Positions 1 to 9,658 of a stretch of 32,000 nucleotides of DNA are shown here, one piece after another (position 1 is the stretch's first letter; the number at the start of each line of letters is the position of its first letter). The position numbers were made by a program, and so were the translations under genes. The notes beneath the pieces were generated by a model. That model saw nothing but the letters and a program-made list of their open reading frames with translations, was not told the DNA's origin and did not search any database. The stretch is from positions 14,751 to 46,750 of the forward strand of contig CANRCZ010000008.1 of assembly GCA_947629265.1 (NCBI GenBank), in the 5' to 3' direction. The stretch comes from an uncultured Bacilli bacterium (GTDB lineage Bacteria; Bacillota_I; Bacilli_A; RF39; UBA660).

Positions 1-23
1 AAGCATAAAAAAAGAGATTTTTA

Positions 24-1979
24 TTATTTTAAAAATCCCATATTATTTTTAATTAATTCTTTTGCATTTTCATCTCTTTTTTCTACTGGTGACATAACAA
101 TTTGATTATTCTCTAAACTTACTTTTACGCAATTTTCCAATTCCTCATATTCCAATTTTTTATTGCTTCTTTTACCGCAATCAGTAAGTGGGAATGACTC
201 TACGTTATTTCTAACTCTAAATACAACTTTTTCTGCGACATCGTTTCCAAGTGCCTCTTTAACTCTACATAAAGCTGAAAATAATACTTTATCTACGTCA
301 GCGTTTGTTTCAGGTTGTAATTCAATATGACAAGCGTATGTAATGTCGTCATCGCCATGCTCAATTGTTTCACATGATAATATATTTCTAGTATCTTTTG
401 AAATTTCTTCAGATATCTTAAATGGTGGGATAGCTTTACATGACTCGTTAATTCTACCTTTTACATGAATATATCCTTTATCATCAATATAGCCATAAAC
501 ACTACAATCACCATAAATTTCACCATTAATTTCCTTGAAAAATTTTGCATTTGCTTCTGGATTATTTCTATATTCTTTCATATTACATGGTGACTTAGCA
601 TATAATCTACCTATTTCTCCATTTTTACAGATATTACCATCAGCATCTAACACTGCTAAATCTACCATACTGTAAGTTCTAAGTATGTCATAGTCTTCAT
701 CATTCATACGTTTTAATTTTTTCATTAGATTTCTAAATACTATGAAAAATATACCACCATGTTCACAGTCACCGCCTGCAACTGACATAGTTACAACTGA
801 TTTAGGTGTATGAGTTTTTTCAATTCCGGCATCAGTTAATTTACACATTTTATTAGCAAGCTCTTCTTCACCCCTAGATAATGGCTCACCAACAGACATT
901 GGTACAAGTAAAAATGGAAGCTTTACATTTACATTATATTTATTTAATTTTATTACGATTTTAGATAAGTTAACCCAAAAGCTTCTTGTAGCACAAGCGA
1001 AAGTTGGTTTATTAATTTGTAAACTACTATGGAAGAAATCTTTATCATATATTGGTTCTAAACAAACAGTTGCTTCTTCAATAAGAGAGTCTGTTATACA
1101 AGACATTATGTTAGTATTAGAATGTGTAGGAATATGAGCTAAAACTCTCATATTTTTCATTGATGGTGTGTTTGAAACCTTTGGTTCATGGAAAGTACCC
1201 ATAGTTATATAGCTTCTTAACTTATGTACGATAGCCTTTGGTCTAGATGAATTTGTAGATCCACTAGAATAAGTTATTGTAAATTCATCATCTAAATCAA
1301 CTTTTTCTTTTACTACACCAGTATAATTTTCACCTTTTTCAATAAATTGTGATTGATTCATAATGTTATCATTCATATATTCTTTAGTTTTATTTTCAAA
1401 TTTATAGAAAGAATCATCAAGTTCTTCATAAGGATCTTTACCATTAACTAAAGAGTCAGCAAGCGACATCATAACAACATTATTACAATCTGATTTATCA
1501 ATAGAATCTTTTATTAAAGGATATTTATTATCACCAACAAAAATATAATCACATTTAGTTTGATTTATAATTTCTGTTATGTAATCTTCATCAAAATCAT
1601 CACCAAAAACATTTAATTTAGCACCAATGATACTAACAGCTCCTAATAAATAAACAAATTCTGGTGAATTTGAAATACAAGCTGGTATTTCATCACCTTT
1701 TTTTATTCCAAGAGCCTTTAATGATTTAGCGAATTGCATCATTTTATCAAGCATTTGTTTATATGTAATGTTATTTCCTCTATAAAATAAGGCTGTTCTA
1801 TGTAATTCACTTTTATTTTTAGAAAAAATTTCATCATACAAAGACCAATTATGAAATCTTTGAATATCGCTCAATACTTTTTCTAATTTAGCATTTTGAC
1901 GTTTGTATAACTTACTGTTTATTAATTTTTTTATGTTGTACGTTTTTAAATTATTTATCATATCTTTCTTATCTCCCAT
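24..1979 (-). CDS. AMP-dependent synthetase/ligase (adenylate-forming, acyl-CoA-synthetase-like)
   Basis: 651-aa ORF with adenylation motifs TITYSSGSTNSSRPKAI (cf. SSGTTGxPKG), GDCSVYGYIDDKGYIHVKGRINE (cf. GD..D.DGY..GR.KD) and a C-terminal Lys region TDCGKRSNKKL. A GGGAG Shine-Dalgarno lies about 10 nt before the in-frame ATG at 1961 (MINNLK...), so the true start may be 1961. Confidence 0.75.
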   Translation of the reverse strand: MGDKKDMINNLKTYNIKKLINSKLYKRQNAKLEKVLSDIQRFHNWSLYDEIFSKNKSELHRTALFYRGNNITYKQMLDKMMQFAKSLKALGIKKGDEIPACISNSPEFVYLLGAVSIIGAKLNVFGDDFDEDYITEIINQTKCDYIFVGDNKYPLIKDSIDKSDCNNVVMMSLADSLVNGKDPYEELDDSFYKFENKTKEYMNDNIMNQSQFIEKGENYTGVVKEKVDLDDEFTITYSSGSTNSSRPKAIVHKLRSYITMGTFHEPKVSNTPSMKNMRVLAHIPTHSNTNIMSCITDSLIEEATVCLEPIYDKDFFHSSLQINKPTFACATRSFWVNLSKIVIKLNKYNVNVKLPFLLVPMSVGEPLSRGEEELANKMCKLTDAGIEKTHTPKSVVTMSVAGGDCEHGGIFFIVFRNLMKKLKRMNDEDYDILRTYSMVDLAVLDADGNICKNGEIGRLYAKSPCNMKEYRNNPEANAKFFKEINGEIYGDCSVYGYIDDKGYIHVKGRINESCKAIPPFKISEEISKDTRNILSCETIEHGDDDITYACHIELQPETNADVDKVLFSALCRVKEALGNDVAEKVVFRVRNNVESFPLTDCGKRSNKKLEYEELENCVKVSLENNQIVMSPVEKRDENAKELIKNNMGFLK

Positions 1980-1991
1980 CCGTATTCGTTT

Positions 1992-2020
1992 ATACTAACA
2001 CAATAAACAATATTTGTCAA
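1992..2020 (-). promoter_or_regulatory. sigma-A type promoter for the ligase gene
   Basis: The minus strand reads TTGACA (2015-2020), a 17-nt spacer, then TAGTAT (1992-1997) with TG at the extended -10 position. It overlaps an imperfect palindrome, tttgtc-N7-gacaaa (2013-2031). Confidence 0.5.
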
Positions 2021-2089
2021 TTTTCGACAAACAATTTTTTAAATAATTTTTAAAATAAGACCAATAACTATTGATCTTATTAATATATA

Positions 2090-4072
2090 TTATTTTAAGA
2101 ATTTTTCAAGAACTCTATTTAACTCTTCAGTATTGATTGGTTTTGAAATATAATCATCAAATCCTACCTTTAAATAAAGCTCTTTTTTACCAACAATAGC
2201 ATCAGCGGTAAGCATAACTGTTGGAATGTTGATATCATTTTCTTTTAACTTACGTAGTGTATCAGTTCCACTCATCTCTGGCATCATTTGATCTAGTAAT
2301 ATTAAATCAAAGTTGTTATCATTTTTTAATATTTCAATACATTCTTTACCACTTTTAGCACTTACAATACCTACTTGATAAGGTTTTAATAATCTTGTAG
2401 CTACTTTAATATTTAAAGCATCATCATCGACAATCAATATTCTCTTATCTTTAGCGATGAAAGAATCGACATTTTTTTTCTTTGTTTGATGAGCATATAT
2501 ATCACCTATTGGTGATGCATTCGCTACCGTTTGATCAATTATAACAGTAAAGGTACTACCTTTATCTAATTCGCTTTCAGCGATTAATTCACCTTTTAAT
2601 AGATCAACATATTTTTTAGATATATATAATCCCATACCAGATACGTAAGATTTTTGATTTGATTTGATATTATCTGATAGTAAGTTAGATAGTTTTCTTT
2701 TTTCAATACCAATACCTGTATCTGCTACGGATATACTAAGTTTACCTATTTCATCGTTACCATTCCATTTTACTGTAACGACGATACTACCTTTTAATGT
2801 ATATCTTACAGCATTATTTAAGATATTGACGATAATCTGTCTTAATTTTGATACGTCACCATGTAGGACACTTGGTGTCATAGGATCGACAGCGATATCT
2901 ACTTTTACATTTTTTTCTTTTAATTTTCCTTTAGTAACAGCTTCTAAATCTTTGATGAATTTTGCTAAATCGTAATCTTTTTCTTTTAGTTCGATAACGC
3001 CACTTTCTAGACTTGAAATATCTAAAATACCATCGATTACCTCGATTAAGTTATTACTAGCACTATTGATATTTTCGATATCTTCTCTTATATTTTCATT
3101 AAGTTCATCGTTAGCTAGAATAGATTCTGATAAACCGTTGATAACGTTCATTGGGGTTCTTATTTCGTGAGACATGATTGCCAAAAATTCAGATTTAGCT
3201 TCGTTAGCTTCGTTAGCTTGATCTAAAGCTTGTTGTAATAGTTTATTTTGTTTTTTTACGTTTTCAGCATCTTCGGTTATATCTTTAGTTAAAATAGTTA
3301 TAAAGACACCATTTTTACCTTTGGTATGGAAGCATGTACTTTCTAACCATTGTTCTTTTTTGTTCTTTAAACGGTATTTTAGTTTGATTGTTTCTAAGTT
3401 GGCACCGTTTTCTAGATCGTTTTTCATAGCGATTACTTTATTTATTTCATCGATAACAGCTTGTTGATCATCTTTAAATATATAGTTGGTAATGATTTTT
3501 TCTAGTTCTGCTCTTGTATTACCCGTACGATCTTCACCAAAGTAATGATAGCTGTCTTTTAGGTTTTTAAGGCTTAATACTCCTGTACCTATTTGAACGG
3601 TTATTTCAACGTCGAAAGCTGCTGCTACGATCTGATTAAATTTTTGTTCTCTTACTTTTATATCTGATGCTTGACTTACTAATAAGTGTTGTCGATTATG
3701 TTCGGTTGTTGCATCAGATATTAGTATTACGTAAGATTTTTTCTTTTTAGCGGTAAAAGGATATATCTTTATTCTAAGCCATCTAGTAGTTTGATAGGTA
3801 TTATTATTGTAAGCTACTAGTCCACTTATAAATTCTGATCTTTCATCCCAATTTCTTAATTCTTCTTTAATTACAGGAATGTTAAATATTTCCTTAACTA
3901 GTTTGGTTACGCCTTTTTTATAGTCAAAATCTTTAAGACCTAGTACCTCTTTAATATTTTGAGATGCATAAATAAATTCTTTTTTGCTAAAGTCATACAT
4001 TAGATAAACGGTATTGGCGTTTCTAACTAGGACATGTAATAATTTTTCTTGGTAGTTATTTCTTAGGAACAT
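2090..4072 (-). CDS. Cytoplasmic hybrid sensor histidine kinase (PAS-like N-terminus, HisKA, HATPase_c, C-terminal receiver)
   Basis: 660 aa with no obvious TM segment. H-box SEFLAIMSHEIRTPMN; ATPase boxes NILNNAVRYT, DTGIGI, GMGLYISKKYV; receiver RILIVDDDALN ... DLILLDQMMPEMSG ... ISKP. Confidence 0.85.
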   Translation of the reverse strand: MFLRNNYQEKLLHVLVRNANTVYLMYDFSKKEFIYASQNIKEVLGLKDFDYKKGVTKLVKEIFNIPVIKEELRNWDERSEFISGLVAYNNNTYQTTRWLRIKIYPFTAKKKKSYVILISDATTEHNRQHLLVSQASDIKVREQKFNQIVAAAFDVEITVQIGTGVLSLKNLKDSYHYFGEDRTGNTRAELEKIITNYIFKDDQQAVIDEINKVIAMKNDLENGANLETIKLKYRLKNKKEQWLESTCFHTKGKNGVFITILTKDITEDAENVKKQNKLLQQALDQANEANEAKSEFLAIMSHEIRTPMNVINGLSESILANDELNENIREDIENINSASNNLIEVIDGILDISSLESGVIELKEKDYDLAKFIKDLEAVTKGKLKEKNVKVDIAVDPMTPSVLHGDVSKLRQIIVNILNNAVRYTLKGSIVVTVKWNGNDEIGKLSISVADTGIGIEKRKLSNLLSDNIKSNQKSYVSGMGLYISKKYVDLLKGELIAESELDKGSTFTVIIDQTVANASPIGDIYAHQTKKKNVDSFIAKDKRILIVDDDALNIKVATRLLKPYQVGIVSAKSGKECIEILKNDNNFDLILLDQMMPEMSGTDTLRKLKENDINIPTVMLTADAIVGKKELYLKVGFDDYISKPINTEELNRVLEKFLK

Positions 4073-4098
4073 TTTGTATCATCTACTTTCTTTTGTTA

Positions 4099-4127
4099 AT
4101 TATATCATATTGATTTTTTTTAATCAA
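4099..4127 (-). promoter_or_regulatory. sigma-A type promoter for the hybrid kinase
   Basis: The minus strand reads TTGATT (4122-4127), a 17-nt spacer, then TATAAT (4099-4104) preceded by TGa (extended -10). Confidence 0.5.
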
Positions 4128-4164
4128 TAAAATAATATTTAATTGGCATTTAAAAACAAAGTAA

Positions 4165-4196
4165 TTAAAAAAAATGATAGTTTTATTTATCATTTT
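4165..4196 (-). terminator. Rho-independent terminator after CDS 4212..5048
   Basis: 8-bp stem aaatgata (4172-4179) / tatcattt (4188-4195), followed on the minus strand by a run of about 8 T. Confidence 0.6.
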
Positions 4197-4211
4197 CTTT
4201 AGTAATTATAG

Positions 4212-5048
4212 TTATGCTAATATCCAAGCTTCTTGACCAAATTCATCTATTCCTTTACCTGTAGTAAGGACACTAGATTTTAGAACAATTATAGGTCGAA
4301 TACCGAATGCTAGTTCACCATGAGGAAGAATAACAGTATTCCCTGTAGGATTCAGATATAAAAGACGATTATCAGAAGCATATTCATTAGATTCATTGGC
4401 TAACCAATAAAGTGTATTAGTTTGTCGTAAATCGTTTGTTCCAGCAAGTTTTTCCACATCTTCTTTAGTTATTGAGCGTGCTGAAATTGCATACGAATTC
4501 TTATATTGATTAGCTCTTTCATTTAACAATCTTATACTCTCACTTGGATATGAATCTTCTTTTATACTATGATAATAACATTCAGGCTGACCAGCATGAA
4601 TTATAGTTACTGTTTTAGTACTTGTATTTGTTTCAAGCACACGCCAACCTTGATACTTTGATAAAGCATCTTTATAACATGCTACACTTGTATTTTTACT
4701 TGTATTAGCTTTATATCCACCAAACTGTCCTTGTTCTGTTGGTTTTCCTAATGTTTTATCCCATGTTCCAGCATTATAATTTACAAAATCTCCCTCTTTT
4801 ACCACATCAGCTAAATAGGCATATTTATAAACTTTCGCTTTTTCTTCCAAATCATCAACTTTAACAGCCTTACCTATTAAGTCATCTAACGCTTGTTTTA
4901 CATTCATCGTTTGACCATTTCTAGTATAACTTACACTTTCGCTTGTAAAACTACCTACTGCATAGCTTACCCCTCCCATTAAGATAACCCCTATAAATAT
5001 GCCTATTATAAGTTTACTTTGTCTTTTTAAATAACTCATTTTTTTCAT
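4212..5048 (-). CDS. Membrane-anchored extracytoplasmic protein, paralog A (DUF6273-like signature; function unknown)
   Basis: 278 aa with SD GAGGGG upstream. The N-terminus has a basic stretch plus a hydrophobic helix, LIIGIFIGVILMGGVSYAV. Blocks shared with 5636..6493: SESVSYTR.GQT..VKQALD.LIGKAVKVDDLEEK, FGGY, GWRVL, HAGQPECYYH, YWLA, FG[IF]RP..VLK, LTTGKGIDEF.QEAW. Confidence 0.8.
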   Translation of the reverse strand: MKKMSYLKRQSKLIIGIFIGVILMGGVSYAVGSFTSESVSYTRNGQTMNVKQALDDLIGKAVKVDDLEEKAKVYKYAYLADVVKEGDFVNYNAGTWDKTLGKPTEQGQFGGYKANTSKNTSVACYKDALSKYQGWRVLETNTSTKTVTIIHAGQPECYYHSIKEDSYPSESIRLLNERANQYKNSYAISARSITKEDVEKLAGTNDLRQTNTLYWLANESNEYASDNRLLYLNPTGNTVILPHGELAFGIRPIIVLKSSVLTTGKGIDEFGQEAWILA

Positions 5049-5068
5049 TTTTTACCCCTCTTTCTAAC

Positions 5069-5111
5069 AGGACATTTTATTTATATTATAATTATATAAA
5101 TTTTATGTCCT
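5069..5111. promoter_or_regulatory. Inverted repeat (candidate operator) in the divergent intergenic region of module A
   Basis: aggacat (5069-5075) and atgtcct (5105-5111) flank an AT-rich core. On the minus strand this core contains TATAAT-like hexamers for the 4212..5048 gene. Confidence 0.4.
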
Positions 5112-5162
5112 CTTGTCAACTGTTTATTTAAAAACTGTGAGAATATATTTTTGAGGTAAAAC

Positions 5163-5606
5163 ATGAAAAATAGAATAAAAGATTTAAGAGAAGATAGAGA
5201 TTTATTACAAAAGGATATTGCCCTTTTTCTAAATATAACAATTAGACAATACCGTAGAATTGAAAAAGGTGAAAATGAGCTATCTTATAATAGTTTAATA
5301 AAATTATCAGAGTTCTATAATACGTCAGTTGATTATATTTTAGGAATTATCAATAATATTGAACCCTATCCTAAAAATAAAAGTTATAATAAAATAAAAG
5401 ATCTTCGTATAGAAAATAACCTATATCAAAAAGATATTGCTAAAATATTAAATATAACTCAACCTGATTATTCCGTTATCGAAAGCAATAAAAATGAATT
5501 ATCATACGATGGATTAATCAAACTTTCTAATTTTTATAACACATCTATTGACTATTTACTTGGTTTAACCGATATTAAACAGCCATACAATAAAAAGGTA
5601 GAATAA
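5163..5606 (+). CDS. XRE-family transcriptional regulator with two tandem HTH domains, paralog A
   Basis: 147 aa with SD GAGG. Two copies of the Cro/C1 pattern (DLRE...L.QKDIA..LN.T...Y..IE....ELSY..LIKLS.FYNTS.DY.LG). Confidence 0.85.
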   Translation: MKNRIKDLREDRDLLQKDIALFLNITIRQYRRIEKGENELSYNSLIKLSEFYNTSVDYILGIINNIEPYPKNKSYNKIKDLRIENNLYQKDIAKILNITQPDYSVIESNKNELSYDGLIKLSNFYNTSIDYLLGLTDIKQPYNKKVE

Positions 5607-5629
5607 AAGATAAGCGTCGCTTATCTTTT
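5606..5629. terminator. Bidirectional hairpin terminator between convergent genes
   Basis: Near-perfect palindrome aaagataagcg-t-cgcttatcttt with T-rich tracts on both strands. It starts at the TAA of 5163..5606. Confidence 0.55.
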
Positions 5630-5635
5630 AATTTA

Positions 5636-6493
5636 TTATTGTGGAGCTACTAAAGTCCATGCTTCTTGTTTAAATTCATCTATTCCTTTACCTGTTGTTA
5701 GTATTCCCTCTTTTAAGACTACAACTGGACGAAAACCGTATGAAAGATCGCTACTGGAACCATTGATATTACCTGCATTTCCCACGAGATACAAACGAGC
5801 ACTATCTCCTGCATCGGCTAGCCAATAATATGCTCCTGTATTTCTTAAATCATTACTAGTAACCTTTATATCGTTAGTAATTTCTAAAGCTTCATTATAA
5901 TCAAGGGCATGAGCTGATTCGGCGAATTCATTCTTATATTCTTTTGTTGCTTGGTCATTTAATAATTTCACACTTGCCGCACTATATCCATTAGTACTAT
6001 TATATCCGTGATAATAACATTCAGGTTGGCCTGCATGGACTAGGTAAACTTGCTTATTTTCAACTTTTAATACACGCCAACCTTTCAAACTTGTTGAGCC
6101 CCAACTAGACACAAGACCACAAATTACACTTTCTCCTTTACTGTGACCCTCAGTATATCCACCAAACTTTCCTTGTTCATTTGGAATAGCTACAGTCGAT
6201 TTCCAATCACCGGCATCGTAGGCCACATAATCACCGACTTTTGCTACGCTAGCTAAATAATCAACGCCCATATTTTTATAATAAGCCACTTTTTCTTCTA
6301 AATCATCAACTTTAACAGCCTTACCTATTAACTCATCTAACGCTTGTTTAACCGTCTTAGTTTGACCATCTCTAGTATAACTTACACTCTCACTAGATAA
6401 ATTATCTACAGCATAGCTGACCCCTCCCATTAAGATAACACCTATAAATATACCTATTATCAACCTACTACTACTTTTAATTAATCTTAACAT
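5636..6493 (-). CDS. Membrane-anchored extracytoplasmic protein, paralog B (DUF6273-like signature; function unknown)
   Basis: 285 aa with SD GAGGTGA. Same N-terminal anchor and conserved blocks as 4212..5048; the central part is diverged. Confidence 0.8.
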   Translation of the reverse strand: MLRLIKSSSRLIIGIFIGVILMGGVSYAVDNLSSESVSYTRDGQTKTVKQALDELIGKAVKVDDLEEKVAYYKNMGVDYLASVAKVGDYVAYDAGDWKSTVAIPNEQGKFGGYTEGHSKGESVICGLVSSWGSTSLKGWRVLKVENKQVYLVHAGQPECYYHGYNSTNGYSAASVKLLNDQATKEYKNEFAESAHALDYNEALEITNDIKVTSNDLRNTGAYYWLADAGDSARLYLVGNAGNINGSSSDLSYGFRPVVVLKEGILTTGKGIDEFKQEAWTLVAPQ

Positions 6494-6504
6494 TTTATCA
6501 CCTC

Positions 6505-6549
6505 ATACACGTATTATTTATATCTACATTATATAAATTTTCCGTGTAT
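6505..6549. promoter_or_regulatory. Inverted repeat (candidate operator) in the divergent intergenic region of module B
   Basis: atacacg (6505-6511) and cgtgtat (6543-6549). Position and span (about 45 bp) match the module A repeat, but the half-site sequence differs. The shared core is attatataaatttt. Confidence 0.4.
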
Positions 6550-6587
6550 TAGTCAATACTTTTTTATTAATATGAGAAAATTAACCT

Positions 6588-7031
6588 ATGAGAAATAAAA
6601 TAAGAGATTTAAGAGAAGATAATAACTTATACCAAAAAGATATCGCTAAAATATTAAATGTTACTCAACAACAATATTCAAGAATTGAAAAAAACGAAAA
6701 TCAACTTTCTTATGATAAATTGATTATTCTAGCGGATTTCTATAATATATCAACTGATTACATTTTAGGACTTACAAGCAATAAAAAAATACATACTAAA
6801 AATAAAAGTTATAACAAAATAAAAGATCTTCGTATAGAAAATAACCTATATCAAAAAGACGTCGCTAAAGTATTAAATATAACTCAACCTGATTATTCTG
6901 TTATCGAAAGCAATAAAAATGAACTATCATACGATGGATTAATCAAACTTTCCAAATTCTATAACACGTCGATCGATTACATACTTGGTTTAACTGATGA
7001 TAAAAAACCATACACAAAAGAAGCTACTTAA
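6588..7031 (+). CDS. XRE-family transcriptional regulator with two tandem HTH domains, paralog B
   Basis: 147 aa. The second HTH domain is nearly identical to that of 5163..5606, while the first is clearly diverged. Confidence 0.85.
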   Translation: MRNKIRDLREDNNLYQKDIAKILNVTQQQYSRIEKNENQLSYDKLIILADFYNISTDYILGLTSNKKIHTKNKSYNKIKDLRIENNLYQKDVAKVLNITQPDYSVIESNKNELSYDGLIKLSKFYNTSIDYILGLTDDKKPYTKEAT

Positions 7032-7041
7032 TAGCTTCTTT
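7017..7041. terminator. Bidirectional terminator hairpin spanning two convergent stop codons
   Basis: 10-bp stem aaagaagcta (7017-7026) / tagcttcttt (7032-7041) with loop cttaa. T-rich tracts follow on both strands. The XRE TAA (7029-7031) and the pnp TAG (7024-7026, minus) lie inside the hairpin. Confidence 0.55.
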
Positions 7042-9159
7042 TCTTGAAAGATTAAGACGTCCTTTCTTATCGTAACCCAATGACTTAACGATAATCTCAT
7101 CGCCAACTTTAACAATATCACTTGGTTTTTCAACACGTTTACTATCTAATTGTGAAACATGAACTAAACCCTCACAACCTGGCCATAATTCAACAAAGCA
7201 TCCAAAATCTTCAACTTTAACGACTTTACCAGTATATATCTTGCCATCTTCAACCTCTCTAACGACACTTTTAATCATCTCAGCGGTCTTATCGATTATC
7301 TCTTGACTAGTATGATATATAATAACACGTCCATCATCCTCTAAATCGACCTTAACAGCATTGATATCATTGACGGTCTTAACATTGCTAGCATCTAAGA
7401 TAATCTTAGTGATCATGTCACCACCCTTACCGATGACATCTTTAATCTTATCAGGATTAATCATAAAGGTCATCATCTTAGGAGCGTACTTGCTAACCTC
7501 TTTACGAGGTTCAGCGATCTGTTTAGTCATAACGTCTAATATCTCAAAACGAGCTTCCTTAGCTTGCATTAAAGCTTCCTTTAATATCTGCTTAGTAATA
7601 CCCTTTATTTTAATATCCATCTGTAGTGAACAAATACCATCTTTAGTACCAGCGACTTTAAAGTCCATATCACCTAGATGATCTTCCATACCTTGAATAT
7701 CCGTTAAAATAGTATAATCCTTACCATCCTTAGAGGTAATAAGTCCCATTGCAATACCAGCGACTGGAGCCTTAATTGGTACACCAGCAGCCATTAAAGC
7801 CATACAACCAGAACAGATCGTAGCTTGACTTGAAGAACCATTAGACTCTAGTATTTCAGATACAACCCTAATCGTATATGGGAATTCTTCCTCGGTTGGA
7901 ATAACTTGTGATAAAGCTCGCTCTCCTAAAGCTCCATGACCGATTTCTCTTCTACCAGGTGCTCCATAACGACCAGTTTCTCCAACAGAAAATTGTGGGA
8001 AATTGTAGTGTAACATAAACCTTTTAGCATCCTCGATACCAAGACCATCTAAAATTTGATGTTCCCCTAAAGCACCTAAAGTTACAACACCTAAAGACTG
8101 TGTTTCTCCTCTTGTAAATAAAGCTGAACCATGAGTTCTAGGTAACAAGTCAATATCGGTTGAAAGAGGTCTAATCTCGTTCATCTTTCTACCATCAGCT
8201 CGCGTCTTTTCATTAACGACAATCTGTCTAAAAATCTCATATTCGATATCTTCTAAGACCAATTTTACTTTTGTTAATAACTCATTTAGCTCTTGTTCAC
8301 TTAAAGCACTATTTTCTTCCTCGTATTTTGATACGACATCTTCTTTTACTTTATCGATAGCGGCATACTTTTCTAATTTTTCTTTAATACGCATTGCACT
8401 ATCTAACTTACTAGCTGATAAAGCTCTAACCTCTTCTTTTAAATTATCAGAGATCTCTAATTTTTCATATTCCATCTTCTCTTCACCGATTTCGTCGATG
8501 ATCTTCTCTTGGAATACACATAATTCTTTAATAGCTTCATGACCAAACATTAAAGCTTCTAACATGTCTTCTTCCTTAACCTCTTTAGCGCCAGCTTCAA
8601 CCATGTTAATAGCTTCTTTAGTACCAGCGACAGTTAGATCGATATCCGATTTTTCCATCTGTTCAACAGTTGGATTTATAATAAATTCACCATCGATTCT
8701 TCCCACTTTAACACCAGCGATTGGACCATCAAATGGTATTTTAGATATACAAGTTGCAAGTGATGAACCTAACATTGCTGTAAGTTCTGGTGAATTATCT
8801 TGATCAACCGATAAAACCGTATTGACAACTTGAACCTCGTTTCTAAAATCACCAGGGAATAATGGTCGCATTGGTCGATCGATCATTCTAGCTGCTAAAG
8901 TAGCATTATCAGTAGGTCGACCCTCTCTTTTAATAAAACCTCCAGGTATTTTACCAACTGAATATAACTTTTCTTGATATAGTACCATAAGTGGAAAAAA
9001 ATCAGATAAAATATTAGCATTCTTGCTAACGACAACCGTCGATAAAATAACCGTATCACCATATCTAACTAGGACCGCTCCATGAGCTTGTTTCGCTAAT
9101 TCACCATGTTCAACAACTAATTTTCTTCCTCTAAAATCTAATTCAAATACTTTTTTCAT
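7024..9159 (-). CDS. pnp: Polynucleotide phosphorylase (polyribonucleotide nucleotidyltransferase)
   Basis: 711 aa with two RNase PH domains plus KH and S1 ([28 protein letters not shown]). Classic position downstream of rpsO. SD AGAGG. Confidence 0.97.
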   Translation of the reverse strand: MKKVFELDFRGRKLVVEHGELAKQAHGAVLVRYGDTVILSTVVVSKNANILSDFFPLMVLYQEKLYSVGKIPGGFIKREGRPTDNATLAARMIDRPMRPLFPGDFRNEVQVVNTVLSVDQDNSPELTAMLGSSLATCISKIPFDGPIAGVKVGRIDGEFIINPTVEQMEKSDIDLTVAGTKEAINMVEAGAKEVKEEDMLEALMFGHEAIKELCVFQEKIIDEIGEEKMEYEKLEISDNLKEEVRALSASKLDSAMRIKEKLEKYAAIDKVKEDVVSKYEEENSALSEQELNELLTKVKLVLEDIEYEIFRQIVVNEKTRADGRKMNEIRPLSTDIDLLPRTHGSALFTRGETQSLGVVTLGALGEHQILDGLGIEDAKRFMLHYNFPQFSVGETGRYGAPGRREIGHGALGERALSQVIPTEEEFPYTIRVVSEILESNGSSSQATICSGCMALMAAGVPIKAPVAGIAMGLITSKDGKDYTILTDIQGMEDHLGDMDFKVAGTKDGICSLQMDIKIKGITKQILKEALMQAKEARFEILDVMTKQIAEPRKEVSKYAPKMMTFMINPDKIKDVIGKGGDMITKIILDASNVKTVNDINAVKVDLEDDGRVIIYHTSQEIIDKTAEMIKSVVREVEDGKIYTGKVVKVEDFGCFVELWPGCEGLVHVSQLDSKRVEKPSDIVKVGDEIIVKSLGYDKKGRLNLSRKEAIK

Positions 9160-9211
9160 AAATACCTCTTTCTATATTTTAATCTTTTCAAGTGGTTTAC
9201 AATACCTCATA

Positions 9212-9240
9212 TAATAAAGACACTTAAAAATAAGTGCCTA
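9212..9240 (-). terminator. Hairpin terminator/attenuator between rpsO and pnp
   Basis: The minus strand reads aggcactt-loop-aagtgtct (8 bp, one G.U) followed by TTATTAT. Confidence 0.45.
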
Positions 9241-9249
9241 CTTTTAAAA

Positions 9250-9519
9250 TTATTTTCTTAAACCTAAACTTTTGATAAGCTCACGATAACGTGTTACGTC
9301 AGTCTTAAGTAAGTATTGTAACATACTTCTTCTTTGACCAACTTTCTTAAGTAATCCACGTCTAGAGTGATGATCATGTTTATGTTCTTTTAAGTGTTCT
9401 GTAAGTTCATTAATCTCTTCAGTTAAGATAGCGATTTGAACCTCAGGAGAACCAGTATCTCCCTCTTTACGAGCATATTTCTTAACTATTTGAGCTTTTT
9501 TTTCAGTACTTAATGCCAT
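9250..9519 (-). CDS. rpsO: 30S ribosomal protein S15
   Basis: 89 aa: [64 protein letters not shown]... is canonical S15. Confidence 0.97.
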   Translation of the reverse strand: MALSTEKKAQIVKKYARKEGDTGSPEVQIAILTEEINELTEHLKEHKHDHHSRRGLLKKVGQRRSMLQYLLKTDVTRYRELIKSLGLRK

Positions 9520-9596
9520 AAAATCTCTCCTTTATCTATATTCGCTTATACCTAGAATAAGTCGGAGTCTCTCATTCCAAGAATAAGTACATTAAT

Positions 9597-9625
9597 AATA
9601 TACCTTATTTTGATCGATTATGCAA
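9597..9625 (-). promoter_or_regulatory. sigma-A type promoter for rpsO (about 70-nt structured leader follows)
   Basis: The minus strand reads TTGCAT (9620-9625), a 17-nt spacer, then TATATT (9597-9602). The leader contains a repeated cttattct element and could be an S15 autoregulatory leader; I could not verify that. Confidence 0.5.
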
Positions 9626-9658
9626 GAATAATTTTAAAAATTTAAGCTTTTTTTAATT

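Noticed and set aside
2664-2975. 103-aa plus-strand ORF, plus similar antisense ORFs at 7361..7681, 8564..8803, 9717..9992, 16335..16517, 17948..18130, 19873..20094, 22815..23084, 26922..27107, 29425..29679, 29696..29878 and 31212..31541
   Set aside because: All lie entirely inside well-supported genes, antisense or out of frame. They lack SD sequences and translate to low-complexity Ser/Leu/Ile/Phe-rich strings typical of antisense frames in AT-rich DNA.
9520-9596. S15 autoregulatory leader upstream of rpsO
   Set aside because: The leader has repeated cttattct elements and can form hairpins, but I cannot match it to a known S15-binding leader class by eye, so I have not called it as a feature.
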